Shown in pieces: positions 37,201 to 49,925 of a stretch of 64,000 nt of DNA (the stretch's first letter is position 1; each line of letters begins with the position of its first letter). The DNA lies in the NCBI GenBank assembly GCA_002269645.1, contig NIVC01000004.1, positions 124,001 to 188,000 of the forward strand, read 5' to 3'. The translations under genes were made by a program, and so were the position numbers. Origin of the DNA: Macrostomum lignano (taxonomy: Eukaryota). A model generated the notes under the pieces. It did no database searches. It saw only the letters and a program-made list of their open reading frames with translations, and had not been told where the DNA came from.

Positions 37201-39272
37201 TAGGTTTGAATTAAAAAAAGATATTAATACATTTGCAAACAAAAAAGAGCAATCCTTTGGTTTACAATCACCTATTTTGCCAGTTTTGGTTTGCAATCAC
37301 CTTCTATTTTGCTAGTTTTGGTTTACGATCACCTTCTATTTTGCCAGTTTTGGTTTATGATCACCTTCCATTTTGCACACTCATTGCAGCACAAAAATGG
37401 TGTGTTCAAAACTGGCTGACAAAAAATATGCAAAATTGAAAGTGCAGGAGCAGGATGATACTTTATATATTAGCTTTGGTATACAATTATTTGAATGTGT
37501 AACACACAAAAATGATCCTGAACTGAAGCTGGGTTAAAAATAATATTTATGTAACGCTCATGCACTTAAGTTAAAGTAATTTGCCAGCATGTGCATGTGT
37601 AGAAGTGATCGTGAACTGAAGATGAGGGGGGTGCATAGCAATGAAAATTAATTACAAAGATGTCAGACAAGCGACTATTTGACCTGGATTTTGATGCCCT
37701 CACTCTGAAATGAGCAGCGAGCAATTTTCCATTTTTTGAGACTATTTCTCATTTGACACACTTTCCTATAGCCAGTTTCAGTTTATAATCATTTCAATGG
37801 GAAACATACGTTTGGGTGATTGTAAACCAAAAGTGATATATAAGCTTCTAGCTCAAACTTTAGTATTTGACACATGGGACTATTTGACATTCTTACTTAT
37901 AGCTAGCTTTGGTTCATGATTGTTTTAATGGGCAACATGTGTAGGTGATTGTAAACTGAAGGTGATATATAAGCTACTAGCTCAAACTTTAGTACTTGAC
38001 ATATGGGACTATTTGACATGCTTTCTTACAGCTAGCTTTGGTTCATGATCATTTTAATAGGCAACATACGTGTGGATAATCATAAACTGAAGGTGAAATA
38101 TAAGCTACGACAGTCTTACCATCTTTTGAATAAACAAAATCAGTTTACCAACTTTTGATTTTGTTTAATTGGAAACCACATTTGGGTTTTATGTCTTACA
38201 ACTGTTTTTGGTAGTGATTGTCACTGTTTGAGATGATTGTCACTGTTTTAAGGTGAGTGTTAACCAAAGGAATGCCCAAAAAAGTATTAATAAAGAGAAA
38301 TTATAGGGCCTATGACTAATTTCCTATCTAAAAAAATTTTCATATATGAGCAAACCCTAGCAGCCACAAAGGTGGTAGCCTAAATGGCATACACATGCAT
38401 AAAGCATCCACCTCCACTAGACAGCCAATACCCAAATAGCCCCCTTTGCATTAAAGACAATTGGCCCTTGCAGGCTTGCACAAACCAATAGGCAATACAA
38501 TGCACCAGCATAATGTATATCTAACCCTTTTTTGTGCCAGAATTTGCTATGAAAAAGGCCATCTTCCTAATTTTGGGCAAAAAAATTGTTTACAAACACT
38601 AAATAATTCAAGCTTTCATTAAAGATATAGTAGTAAGCCTTACTTGGCTAGACCTAGGCTAGATAATTAATAGGCTAATACAAAAAAATCTCTTTATTAA
38701 AACAGAAATTTGGATTTTTCTATATAACTTATTTATGTTATATAATTTATGATCTATACATTTGTTATACTCTAAGACTAAATACAAATATATAACCTTT
38801 AGCCTAGGCTACCAAGGTCTATTTACATAGTCAAAGATAGACTTATCACCTAGGCCTATACCATAGGCAGCATAGGCTATGGCTATAAATTATTTATATG
38901 ATATTCTGATTTTTATAATGATATTAAAAATATTAGATAAAAAATTAAAATATAGGGGCATAACAAATCAGGCAGCACTTATTTTTAAATTATAATTATA
39001 AATTCTAGGCCTACAATATGATAAATATCTGATATCAACTAATATAACTTATATAAAAGATAATTACTATCTTGCTCTGTGCCAAAAATTAGTCAGAAAT
39101 CCAACATCAGAATCATTCTAAGACTGATATTGGTGTCATGTCACCTGAACCAGGCAGGCCAGGGTCACCAGGACAGTAGGACACTTACATTTGTGATTGC
39201 ATCATTCAAATTAGCTTTTGCAGGCTGTTTTCCACCACGGCCACCTCCAGATGAACCAAAAAGCCGCTGCAT
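34264..39272 (-). CDS. CHMP5: ESCRT-III subunit CHMP5/Vps60
   Basis: Exons 39272-39189 (MQRLFG..AITN), 36698-36372 ([18 protein letters not shown]), 35601-35380 ([15 protein letters not shown]), 34323-34264 ([14 protein letters not shown]); all phase 0, GT-AG. Confidence 0.96.
34395..35330. repeat. 32/30-bp minisatellite in CHMP5 intron 3
   Basis: GCAGGTAGACAGGTAGATTGGAAGGTGAGTAT units with a shorter variant interspersed. Confidence 0.96.
35630..36350. repeat. 22-23-bp minisatellite in CHMP5 intron 2
   Basis: CATAAACTGAGCCAGAATCAGC / CATAAACTGAGTCAGGAATCAGT units. Confidence 0.95.
37816..38107. repeat. ~128-bp diverged tandem duplication
   Basis: GGTGATTGTAAAC..GTGATATATAAGCT..TAGCTCAAACTTTAGTA occurs twice plus a partial third copy. 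Confidence 0.8.
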
Positions 39273-41183
39273 TGAAACTGTTAAGAAAATTGATTGAGGT
39301 ACAAGCCAAGGCTATAGTCGCCTATAGTTTGCTTCCACTATTATTCACACTTGTATATATAACCAACCAAGTTTGTCACACTTTGATATTTAAGCAACAA
39401 TTTTTAACTTTACCGTATAACTGATCAAGGAAGTTGTCTAGCTAGTATAGGTAGGCCTAAATGGCAGCACTATACACAGTCAGCGTTAGCATTTCGAACG
39501 GCAATGGCATGAGACTTGATCAGTCAGGTAGGTCAGTAAGGGCCAGGCTACGCGACGGTCGCCGATCCATGCCGAAAGACATTTAAAACGATCATCCGAT
39601 CTTTAACAAAATTGACCTGCCTTTTAAAGCATCTTTGTAGCTATTTTTTATGCACCCGTTTGGCGTCGAATGAGCTCTAATTTATAAAAAATTAAAAACC
39701 TTTTTGAGATACATCTATTCGGAAACCAGTCATTTCGACGAAAGCCATTAAACGCCCTCCCCTGGTATCAATTTTCATGACAACACTGATTTCTCATAAA
39801 CTTTGAAGCGTCTCGATTGAGCAGTCTAATAAAGCGTGTTTAAAAAGTGCTTCCAATTAATTATACGCATACCTCCAGCTGTATAAAGCTGCGTTTGGCG
39901 ATACTGTTGTATCTTTGGGTAAATGCATGCAACGAACAGACTTTATAATTATCGGTGTAACCAAGCCCAACAATCAATTCGATGTCTGACAAATATTTAC
40001 TTTTACATTTTACCGACGTTCAGTCGTTACTGTCGACGTAATGTAAAAGTACATATTTGTTAGCGACGTCAAAAGACGTCGGAAACATTGGCAGCTATTG
40101 TGGTGGGAAGCATTATTTTATCAGTGCAGTAGCAGTTAAAGTCCTGGTTATGGTACAGTAGGGATGTTTCTGTTTATAGACTCGGGTTGTGCGAGGGAAG
40201 TTTATAGAACCTCGCCATATTTGGCATGCGGGGAGAGCGTATCAGCAGTAGCAGCGTCGGCATCTTTGTTACCCCGTGCGATAAGTTGAGTGGACAGGTC
40301 CAAAACATCAGTACTTATGTATAATCTACAAGACCATGTAGTTGGATAGTTTGTGCAGGTCTTTGATAGTTCTCATCTCCTCAAAAGCAAACTTGAAGCT
40401 TAAATCAGCTCACACTGTCATGTCGGTTTGGCCATAAGTTAAGCTTGATTTATCATCATTGAAACAAACGAACTTTGTATATATTATTTATATCTTTCAT
40501 GCGACAGCAACCTGCATGGTCATTCCATTTACCAGACTCATGTCAGGCTACCAGCTTCTCTACAATTAGATCGAATCAACTTATTTAGCTTTCTAGAGAA
40601 GGACGCATAAAATTTGTGAGTTTAAAACATGGTTGTGTTGCCACGTTAGAATTCCAGAATCGCATTGAACAGTGCTGCTGCAGTAAAAATAATTTGTTTT
40701 AACAAACACCTGAGCCATTCTCCTAACTATAAGTAATTGAGTGGAATATAGCTGCACCAAATCCAGAATAATATTACAGTAATCGGAGTTCGGTCAAACT
40801 GAAACCGTCTCATCACCGAAAGCATTCAATGATGCTGGCTTTTTCGCTAATGAACCTGCACCAATTGATTGACACATGCTGTTGTGCCAGACACAGCTTT
40901 TCAACAAAGAATCTTTCCTGCCGCTAAAACCCATAAATGCATCCGAACGATGGCTTCCCTAAACTTCCGGGGCGGATAGTGGAAGGCGCAGGTGACGGGG
41001 CGGATGGTATTAAAATTGCATCAATCTTTTATCACCTTGCCAATCTACTGCAGAAATTAACTCTGAAGGCATAAAAGGCATAAAAGCACCAGAGCAGAAC
41101 AGCAAAAACGAGCTGCTCAATAGTGAACTGACTCGCACTTTCTCATCATAATTTTTCTCGCCCGCAATTCAACCAGCTCAAGA

Positions 41184-42122
41184 ATGTATCAAACCCAAAA
41201 GCAACTCAAGGCGCTGCTATATTGCCTGCTGCTGATGGCGCTCCCTGCCTCGGCCACGATCGATGCTGTGCATTCCGATCGGCAGATGGAGGTCTTCACT
41301 CAAGTGTCGCTTTCTGGCGCCCTATCGAGCTGCCGCCGCCTGCTGCTTATGCGCGTGCGGAGCCAGCAGGACTGCCTCATGCAGTGGATGAGGCTGCAGC
41401 AGATGGGAGCTCAGCCCACCTTTATCCACTACACACCTTCGACTGACTCGAGAGGCTGCGAGATCTCCGTCTGGTGCGACCAGCTGCTGTTGAACGAGTC
41501 GGAGACGCGCACCGCTCTGCTGCCGGCGTCTCAAAGTCCGCCGAGACTCGTGCTGTTCGCGGTCAAGTCCGGTAGCCAAGTCAACGTCCTGGACTCGTTC
41601 CTCACGCCCGTCGACTGCAACCGGTCTCTCCTCGTGTCGCCGATCGTCGGACCGCCTCCGCTCGACTTCTGGCGCTCGTGTTGGCTCGACCGACTTCCGG
41701 ATCTCGTGAGACTCGTGTCCGGCAACACGATCTCGGTCGAGCTGCTCAAGAACGGCGTCACGGCGCTGAAGATCTCGTTCGACGCCAGGTTCTCAGGACT
41801 GAATTCGACGAACTGGTTCAGCAAGGACAGGCTGGTCGCCAGCGAGCCGGACTTGGGTCTGGAAAACCAGACATTCAACTACTTCTCCGTTGCTGGTCAC
41901 GTGGATCCCGACGGGCTTAGTCGGTCATTCTTCATAAATATGGCTTACGGCGGCTGCTCAGGTGATGCTGGAGTTTTTGTTGTTACGTAAAAGCTCGACA
42001 TTTGTTCGTGGGCTAAAGCAGGCAGTGGCACGGCTCAGCCGAAAATTCTCTACAATTTGAAGGCCGGTCTTTGGGAGAACAATGCGAATCTGGCAGATCA
42101 CATGCTGATTACTGTTGCCTGA
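41184..42122 (+). pseudogene. secreted protein paralog A with in-frame TAA at 41988-41990
   Basis: Signal-like N-terminus; core nearly identical to paralogs B/C; homology continues in frame for 43 codons after the stop (KLDICSW..LYNLKAGLW..LADHMLITVA*). Confidence 0.75.
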
Positions 42123-42759
42123 ACTCGCTGTAAAAAGCGCCGACATAACAACGGAATGCAACCAATGTTTTGATTTTAATGTCCCATTTTTTCAGGTTGA
42201 ATAGGGGAAATCTTGGATAAAATAGCTTGCTCTTGTTTTTGCGTACTACAATTCTCTGATTAGGAAGGTTTTAGTCATCACAACCCTCTATGATAGTATT
42301 TCAGAATCACTAGTATTGAGAGAAAAATAAACAAGACCGGACTCTGAGACAATTAGCTTTCTTGTTGTCCGGAATCTCAAATGACTTTTTTCAATGGTTT
42401 TCATTTCTTTCAGATAGAATTGACAATGGCCATGATTTCAATCTAATTCATCGTTCGAGCTCCAAGGCCATTAAGTAAGGCCAGTTTCGGGTTATCACGC
42501 TGTGATTTTAAGGCCAAATTGATGAAGCCTCTGTTGCTTGGCTTCACATCCGCAGAGCCTTGTCTTGGATGTACTTTTGAAATCTTAGAAAGATTGTTCA
42601 AATCAGTTTCAAAATGGGTCTGAATCAATTGCACATTGGTTGGAGAAATCCGTGACCACGGACTACTTAAGTATCGATAAGTAGATATAAAGGGCGGTGA
42701 GCCGCGCTTAACTGCTGCGGCGGCCAACAGCGGTAGGACCAAGCGAGGGCAGCGGAGTC

Positions 42760-43080
42760 TACCTCGGCGGTCTGGTTCCCAGCGCCCGCGAGGATTTGCG
42801 GCGTCGCCGAGGGCTTGCCTGGGCTGCCTTTTGTTCTGTGAGAGCAGTCCTGCAGTCCGAGGCCTTACCTGACCGCCAGAGGACGGCGTTGTTCCAGGCG
42901 GTGATCGAGACCGTCCTGCTGTACAACTGACTGCTGTACTGATGCTGACAAAGTCGCTCGAGCAACAAGTTGACGCGGCGCAAGCTGGCCTGCTGCGCGC
43001 CGCCTTCAAGATCGGCCACGAGCGAGTGGCCAACGCGGCTTTTCATCACCGCGCCGGCCTGGTCCGTCAAAGCGACCTGT
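42760..43080 (+). mobile_element. decayed non-LTR retrotransposon (LINE) RT 3' fragment
   Basis: YLGGLVPSAREDLRRRRGLAWAAF..LFQAVIETVLLYN* then LTKSLEQQVDAAQAGLLRAAFKI: RT C-terminal/thumb region with stops. Confidence 0.8.
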
Positions 43081-44340
43081 TGCGCCGTCGGTGACTCCTG
43101 CCCGGTCCTTATTGACTTAACCCGAAGAGCAACCAGCATCACAGAGGCCACTTGCGAGTCATCAATGATTCGTTTGATCAAACACCTCTGCGGCAGTTCA
43201 AGCACAGCTGTGTTGACATTCCATGAAGCTACTACTGATTAACATCTACTTATACGCGGCTTTTTAGCCATCCCATAAGGTGTGCCTTTGTATAATTTAG
43301 CCAGTTAACAAGTGTACCAATAAATCCTCTTTTGAGGGATTTTCAATCTCTTTAGAGAAATTCTGCAGAGTAAATAGAAAGGGACCCCGTAGTTTTTGCT
43401 TTTCAAAAACAAGGAAACTTAGAATTATTTATATTCAACAACAATTGCATGGACTAAAGAGGAAACTGCAGATAACGGAAAAGCGAGCCAAATAGGATCA
43501 CAAAATTGATAAAATATCGCTACTTGTTTAAAAAAACTAACGATTTGCGAGACCAGATTACAAGACAGTTAATGTATATATAAGAGTTGTACACTGACAG
43601 CAGGATAGAACTTCAACAGTACATGTTGACAAGAGAATCCTAAGAACCGAGCACTCAACACTTGGCGGCTAACCTCGCATTTGCAATTGTAGCTGGACAG
43701 CAAAATTCAAAGGGGGTGTAGCACAGTCTAGTCTTTGCTAGTATATTTATTATCAATTTACTAGAAGGCGGGGTTGGTACATGCTTTAACAGGGGGGGGG
43801 GGGGGGGGTTTGTACGTGCGCATGATTTGCTATGTACTCGTATGTTATAACCAATCAGAATGGATGAGGCGAGAAAAGGTGGCGTGAGGCGCAAAGGCGG
43901 GGCAGGTGCAGTAGGCAAATCACGAGTAATAGTACAGACAGACGTACAATCAAGTAAACAAACCTTTACTCTTCAAACCAGTGTACGAGCGTATGTCTAC
44001 AGTTGAGTTCGCAGCGCAGTGACTGAGACCAACGGTCCAAGAGCTAGAACTCTAACACTGCTCATGGGCGCTAAAATCTTCGAACTCACTGCAAAAGTTG
44101 GTTAAAGGGACGCCAAAGCAAATTTAAAAGGTTCGAACAAAAATAATCGAAAATTTAAACAGGGTGACAAAATGGTGTTAGGAGTTTGCATGGGGTAAAT
44201 ATGCAAGCTCCGCAGCATTTGGTCTCAAGGAAACACGAATGGAAATGTTTAGATTTTAGAATTTTTGAGGATTTTCTGAAAAGATGACAAACAAAACTTT
44301 TTGAGTTTAAAGTACATCAGGAACAGTTACCGCAGCAAAT

Positions 44341-45343
44341 TCAGGCCACATAGACGAGCATGTAGTCAGCCAGCTGCACGTAGTCCTTCCAAAGACCGGC
44401 CTGCAAGTTGTACAGAATTCTGGGCAGAGCCGTGGTGCTGTTGCCGGTCAAGGCCCACGCACAAACATCATACTGGTCCATTACAGCCAGGACTCCAATG
44501 TCACCTGGGCAGCCACTGTACTCCATGTTTATGAAGAATGACCGACTAAGCCCGTCGGGATCCACGTGACCAGCAACGGAGAAGAAGTTGTATGTCTTGT
44601 TTTCCAGACCCAAGTCCGGCTCACTGGCGACCAGTCTGTTCTTGCTGAACCAGTTCGTCGCAGTCAGTCCTGAGAACCTGGCGTCGAACGAGATCTTCAG
44701 CGCCGTGACGCCGTTCTTGAGCAGCTCGACTGAGATCGTGTTGCCGGACACGAGTCTCACGAGATCCGGAAGTCGGTCGAGCCAACACGAGCGCCAGAAG
44801 TCGAGCGGAGGCGGTCCGACGATCGGCGACACGAGGAGAGACCGGTTGCAGTCGACGGGCGTGAGGAACGAGTCCAGGACGTTGACTTGGCTACCGGACT
44901 TGACCGCGAACAGCACGAGTCTCGGCGGACTTTGAGACGCCGGCAGCAGAGCGGTGCGCGTCTCCGACTCGTTCAACAGCAGCTGGTCGCACCAGACGGA
45001 GATCTCGCAGCCTCTCGAGTCAGTCGAAGGTGTGTAGTGGATGAAGGTGGGCTGAGCTCCCATCTGCTGCAGCCTCATCCACTGCATGAGGCAGTCCTGC
45101 TGGCTCCGCACGCGCATAAGCAGCAGGCGGCGGCAGCTCGATAGGGCGCCAGAAAGCGACATCTGTGTGAAGACCTCCGTCTGCTGATGGGACTTCACAG
45201 CATCGGCCTTTGCCGCGGTGGCTAGGAGCGCAATCAGCAGCTGGGCGCAGAGAAGATCTGCAAGCTTGCTAAGGAGGCAGCGTGCATTGCGTGAGATCGT
45301 TATCAAGTTACAAAAGTATTCAGACACGAGAAACTCACCTCAT
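44341..45343 (-). CDS. secreted protein paralog B (uncharacterised, Cys-containing)
   Basis: join(45343-45339 ATGAG, 45268-44341) over a 70-nt GT-AG phase-2 intron gives MSKLADLLCAQLLIALLATAAKA signal peptide; open ORF to TGA. Confidence 0.85.
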
Positions 45344-46479
45344 ATTGGCTTGGATATCCGCTGACTTTCTCACAGAGCGTCAAGCCGAAGAAAGGTTTTA
45401 TCCCCTATAAAGGGCGTGAAAGTGGAGCTAAAGAGCTGCTTAAGCATTTTGCTTAGAATCCCAATTAGAAAATCGTCACCTGAGAAAATCGCCCAGACAT
45501 GAGGCGAGATGATGAATTCAACCATTCTCGATTTTATCCCGCGCGTTTCCCACGCCAGAAAGCTTTTGTCTCTAAGAGAGAAATTAACTTTGCAATTTAC
45601 AATAGGGCTCTGCATTTTATGCTTGATTGATGCATGAATCAGTCATCAGTTAACGGGCCTGTTGCAAGATTACTTTCTCATTTGATTGACAGGTTGGTCG
45701 ACTAGGAAAAAGAAGAATTCCTGGTGGCCTTAGGGGTTTTAGCAAGAAACAAAGAGAATGGATGTCAGCAGCATTCATGTCCATTATTATGCTCTACTAC
45801 GCTCGTAGTCCAGCGATACGAGCTACTCCAGGAAGCCGAACCTGGCGCATCGATTTTCTTTAAATTTCCGGAAGATTTCTTTATAGACTATGCCTTTCTC
45901 TTTGTGTCCGTCTACACGCACTGCAGAAAGTGCAGTAACTGAGGCTGCATAGCAGCATAGGGGCAACCATTGTTTCCAGAAAATCTTTTTTCAGATCAAT
46001 CTAAGCGCTATCATTTTGGGTCGGAAATCCCAGTCTGTAGATGCTGTCGAATCGCTCATGAGCTGATTGAGTCCTTGCTCAGCTTATCATTTGCAAGCAA
46101 AATCTTAAAGTGAAAACTCTTTTAGTCGGTAAAACTTGGCATCTCGGACGCCTGAAGCAAATACCTGTCAGTCTCCTAAAGCTAAGAGTAACCGTGAGTT
46201 TCAAGGAAATTTGAGGAAATCAGACCTTGAAGCTTGTGAAATATCTGCTTGAAGTACATGTAACTCCAACTAAACGAGAGTGAGTAACTAGCAATCTTCG
46301 ACTCCTGTTTGGGGAGGCAACAAAGGAAGGAAAAGAAAGTTTTGAATAAACTACGCGTAAGGTTTTTACTTTGTACAGTGTCACTATTGTTCATTTCTTG
46401 AGCAAAATGATGTTTAAAGTAAAAAAGTATCCGCTCCTAAAGCCAGCTGTCTAGCCTACGAGCGTATGATAACAGATCA

Positions 46480-47380
46480 TCAGTGAGTTTTCGCTCTAGG
46501 CATCTGAGCAGCCCCCATGAGTGACAGCATTTCAGAATCACCCCCGCGATCCTTGACCTTCTCAGCAACTCCCCCGCGATCCTTGACCTTCTCAGCAACT
46601 CCCCCATGAGCCTTGACCTCTCCACAACTCCCCCATGAGTAACAGCATTTCAGAATCACCCCCGCGATCCTTGACCTTCTCAGCAACTCCCCCGCGATCC
46701 TTGACCTTCTCAGCAACTCCCCCATGAGCCTTGACCTCTCCACAACTCCCCCATGAGTAACAGCATTTCAGAATCACCCCCGCGATCCTTGACCTTCACA
46801 GCAACTCCCCCGCGATCCTTGACCTTCTCAGCAGCTCTCCCGCGATCCTTGACCTTCTCAGCAACTCCCCGCGATCCTTGACCTTCTCAGCAGCTCTCCC
46901 GCGATCCTTGACCTTCTCAGCAACTCCCCCATGAGTAACAGCATTTCAGAATCACCCCCGCGATCCTTGACCTTCACAGCAACTCCCCCGCGATCCTTGA
47001 CCTTCTCAGCAACCCCCCCCCGCGATCCTTGACCTTCTCAGCAGCTCTCCCGCGATCCTTGACCTTCTCAGCAACTCCCCCATGAGTAACAGCATTTCAG
47101 AATCACCCCCGCGATCCTTGACCTTCTCAGCAACTCCCCCGCGATCCTTGACCTTCTCAGCAACTCCCCCGCGATCCTTGACCTTCTCAGCAACTCCCCA
47201 TGAGCCTTGACCTTCTCAGCAACTCCCCCATGAACCTTGACATCTCAGCAATTCCCCCATGAACCTTGACATCTCAGCAATTCCCCCATGAACCTTGACA
47301 TCTCAGCAACTCCCTCATGAACCTTGACATCTCAGCAACTCCCTCATGAACCTTGACATCTCAGCAATTCCCTCCAAAAT
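46480..47380. repeat. 28-30-bp compound minisatellite (CCCCGCGATCCTTGACCTTCTCAGCAACT)
   Basis: Tandem units of two or three related types. Confidence 0.93.
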
Positions 47381-47999
47381 GCACAGCATTTCAGCAATTC
47401 CCCGTGCAAGCCCGCCTTAACTCTGCACTTTTACTGGCCACAGCTCGTATCTGAGTTCGTGAGCTCTGCGGTGAAAATCAGCCGAGGAGGAGCAAGAACT
47501 CAGGAACTGCTCCTAGGCTACTGAAATTTCAAATCTTATTTCGAATCTTATTGGTCAACTGCAGGAAGGCCACATTATCCGTGCCGCGCTGCACTGGCCA
47601 CAGCCGGCGCAGGAAGTGCTGTCTCTGACGCTACAGGCGCCCTACCGGTGAGGACAGGCGTTGTGTCGACTGCCTACTGACTGACGCTGGCGCCCCGGCC
47701 GATGTTCTCGCCCCGTGACCCTTAGCATGACAGCGTGTTCTGTTGTCGCAGTTGTTTTCAACGTTCACAGATTGTTTTATAAATAAAAAAATTGAGGCTG
47801 AAAGTTTTGAATGATGCTGATATTAATAGATCTTTTAGGGGATAAATATGCTGTTGTGTATTATATTTCACAATAACTTATCTCAAGATACACATTTAAA
47901 GTTTTAAAGAGTTTCACTTTAAAGGGGATTAGTTGACAGGAGACAACTGCGAGCTCGTCTTCGTCTGTCTCTATAGCGTAAAACTTATGCAAGGAAAAT

Positions 48000-49032
48000 T
48001 CAGGCCACATAGACGAGCATGTAGTCAGCCAGCTGCACGTAGTCCTTCCAAAGACCGGCCTGCAAGTTGTACAGAATTCTGGGCAGAGCCGTGGTGCTGT
48101 TGCCGGTCAAGGCCCACGCACAAAAATCATAATTGTCCATTACAGCCAGGACTCCAACATCAACAGGGCAGCCACCATACACCATGTTTATGAAGAATGA
48201 CCGACTAAGCCCGTCGGGATCCACGTGACCAGCAACGGAGAAGTAGTTGAAGTTCCTGGAGGCCAGACCCAAGACCGGCTCACTCCCGACCAGCCTGTCC
48301 TTGCTGAACCAGTTCGTCGCATTCAGTCCTGAGAACCTGGCGTCGAACGAGATCTTCAGCGCCGTGACGCCGTTCTTGAGCAGCTCAACCGAGATCGAGT
48401 TGCCGGACACGAGTCTCACGAGATCCGGAAGTCGGTCGAGCCAACACGAGCGCCAGAAGTCGAGCGGAGGCGGTCCGACGATCGGCGACACGAGGAGAGA
48501 CCGGTTGCAGTCGACGGGCGTGAGGAACGAGTCCAGGACGTTGACTTGGCTACCGGACTTGACCGCGAACAGCACGAGTCTCGGCGGACTTTGAGACGCC
48601 GGCAGCAGAGCGGTGCGCGTCTCCGACTCGTTCAACAGCAGCTGGTCGCACCAGACGGAGATCTCGCAGCGTCTCGAGTCAGTCGAGGGTGCGTAGTGGA
48701 CGAAGGCGGGGTCAGCTGCCTCCCTCTTCAGCTTCATCCACTGCTCCAGGCATTTCTGCAGACTTCGCGTGCGCGTCTGCAGCAGGCGGCGGCAGCTCGA
48801 GAGGGCGCCAGAGAGCGGCAACCGTCGGAAAACCCCCAGCTGACCGCCGCTTTCTGCGACATCGCCCCAGAGCATCAGCAGCAGCAGGGTGGAGATCAGC
48901 AGCAGGTTTCCATACGGCGGGCTGAAAGGCGGTTTTAGCATATAAAATTTCTTCCATAAATTATAGTCCAAGCAAAAAGCTCAAGCGCTTGAATAAGTTT
49001 CAAAGCTTAGCTTACGTTAATCTCGGCATCAT
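48000..49032 (-). CDS. secreted protein paralog C
   Basis: join(49032-49016, 48921-48000) over a 94-nt GT-AG phase-2 intron gives MMPRLTPPYGNLLLISTLLLLMLWG signal peptide; core and tail match paralog B. Confidence 0.85.
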
Positions 49033-49624
49033 GCTTATCTCTTGCAGTCAGACAGTTAGCGAATATTTGACTGCTTTCAAACTTTCTCAGTCTTTTTTGC
49101 TTTTCGTTTGCAAATCGCTCGCAATTTCCAGCTGATTTTATAGACAAAATTGATGGCCATTGCAGCGACGTGATAGCGACCGAATCAGGTGACAAAGGCT
49201 TATAGAAATGCTAATACAATGCTGATTATAACAAAAGAATACAAGTCTTAAAGGAGTCGAAGGCGTAAGAGAAACAGTTGCTTCCAGGAAGCAGCATGCG
49301 GCTGAAGAAGTCAGTGTCAGCTCAGCAACTTGCGAGCGCTGCCTCGGGGAAGTTGGGCTTCCTGCTTCTTTGCTGATTCTTTCACTTCCTGGTTTGTTTC
49401 AACTCAAACAAAGCCCAAGTCACTGAGGGAGCTCAGTATGCTGAGGGGGGAATTGATGTGAAGACACCGTCTTCCTGCGACTACCGGCACCATTTGTTTC
49501 CTTTTACTTGCATTCTTCCACCGGAGCCTCAAGTCTGACTGCAAAGCCGTGGATTTTTTCTTAGCATTCCTAGACGACTACAGCGACTCATGAGTAGCGG
49601 TCTCAATTCAGACAGGGCTGTACT

Positions 49625-49925
49625 CGTAGCCCAGTGGTCCAACGCGGCGCTCTGATGTGCCAGCGGCCGAGGCTCGATTCGAAGTGCAGTCACATTAATT
49701 TGGGGCTAGTTTGGAACCTCGGCTTTGCTCTGCTCGTGCAAACCTTCAAGGCACAGTGAAGTGTACATGCCTGATGATAAATAAAGTTAGGGCCGCTGTG
49801 CACTCCTGTGTGAGTGTGTGCCTGTGCGTATGACTGCGTACGTTTCCGCGCGCTCGTGTGCCTGTTCAGGGAAGTCGGTGGAATGGGCAGCAATGCCTCT
49901 AAGTAGGTCAAACTAACTCAATTCA
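49625..49925 (+). mobile_element. tRNA-derived SINE-like element
   Basis: A-box-like TAGCCCAGTGG (49627) and B-box-like GGCTCGATTC (49671) at tRNA spacing, no cloverleaf completion; related partial copy at 31405; 3' end approximate. Confidence 0.55.

Noticed and set aside
49625-49700. Functional tRNA gene
   Set aside because: A/B-box-like motifs present but no acceptor stem or anticodon arm pairing could be built; treated as a SINE head
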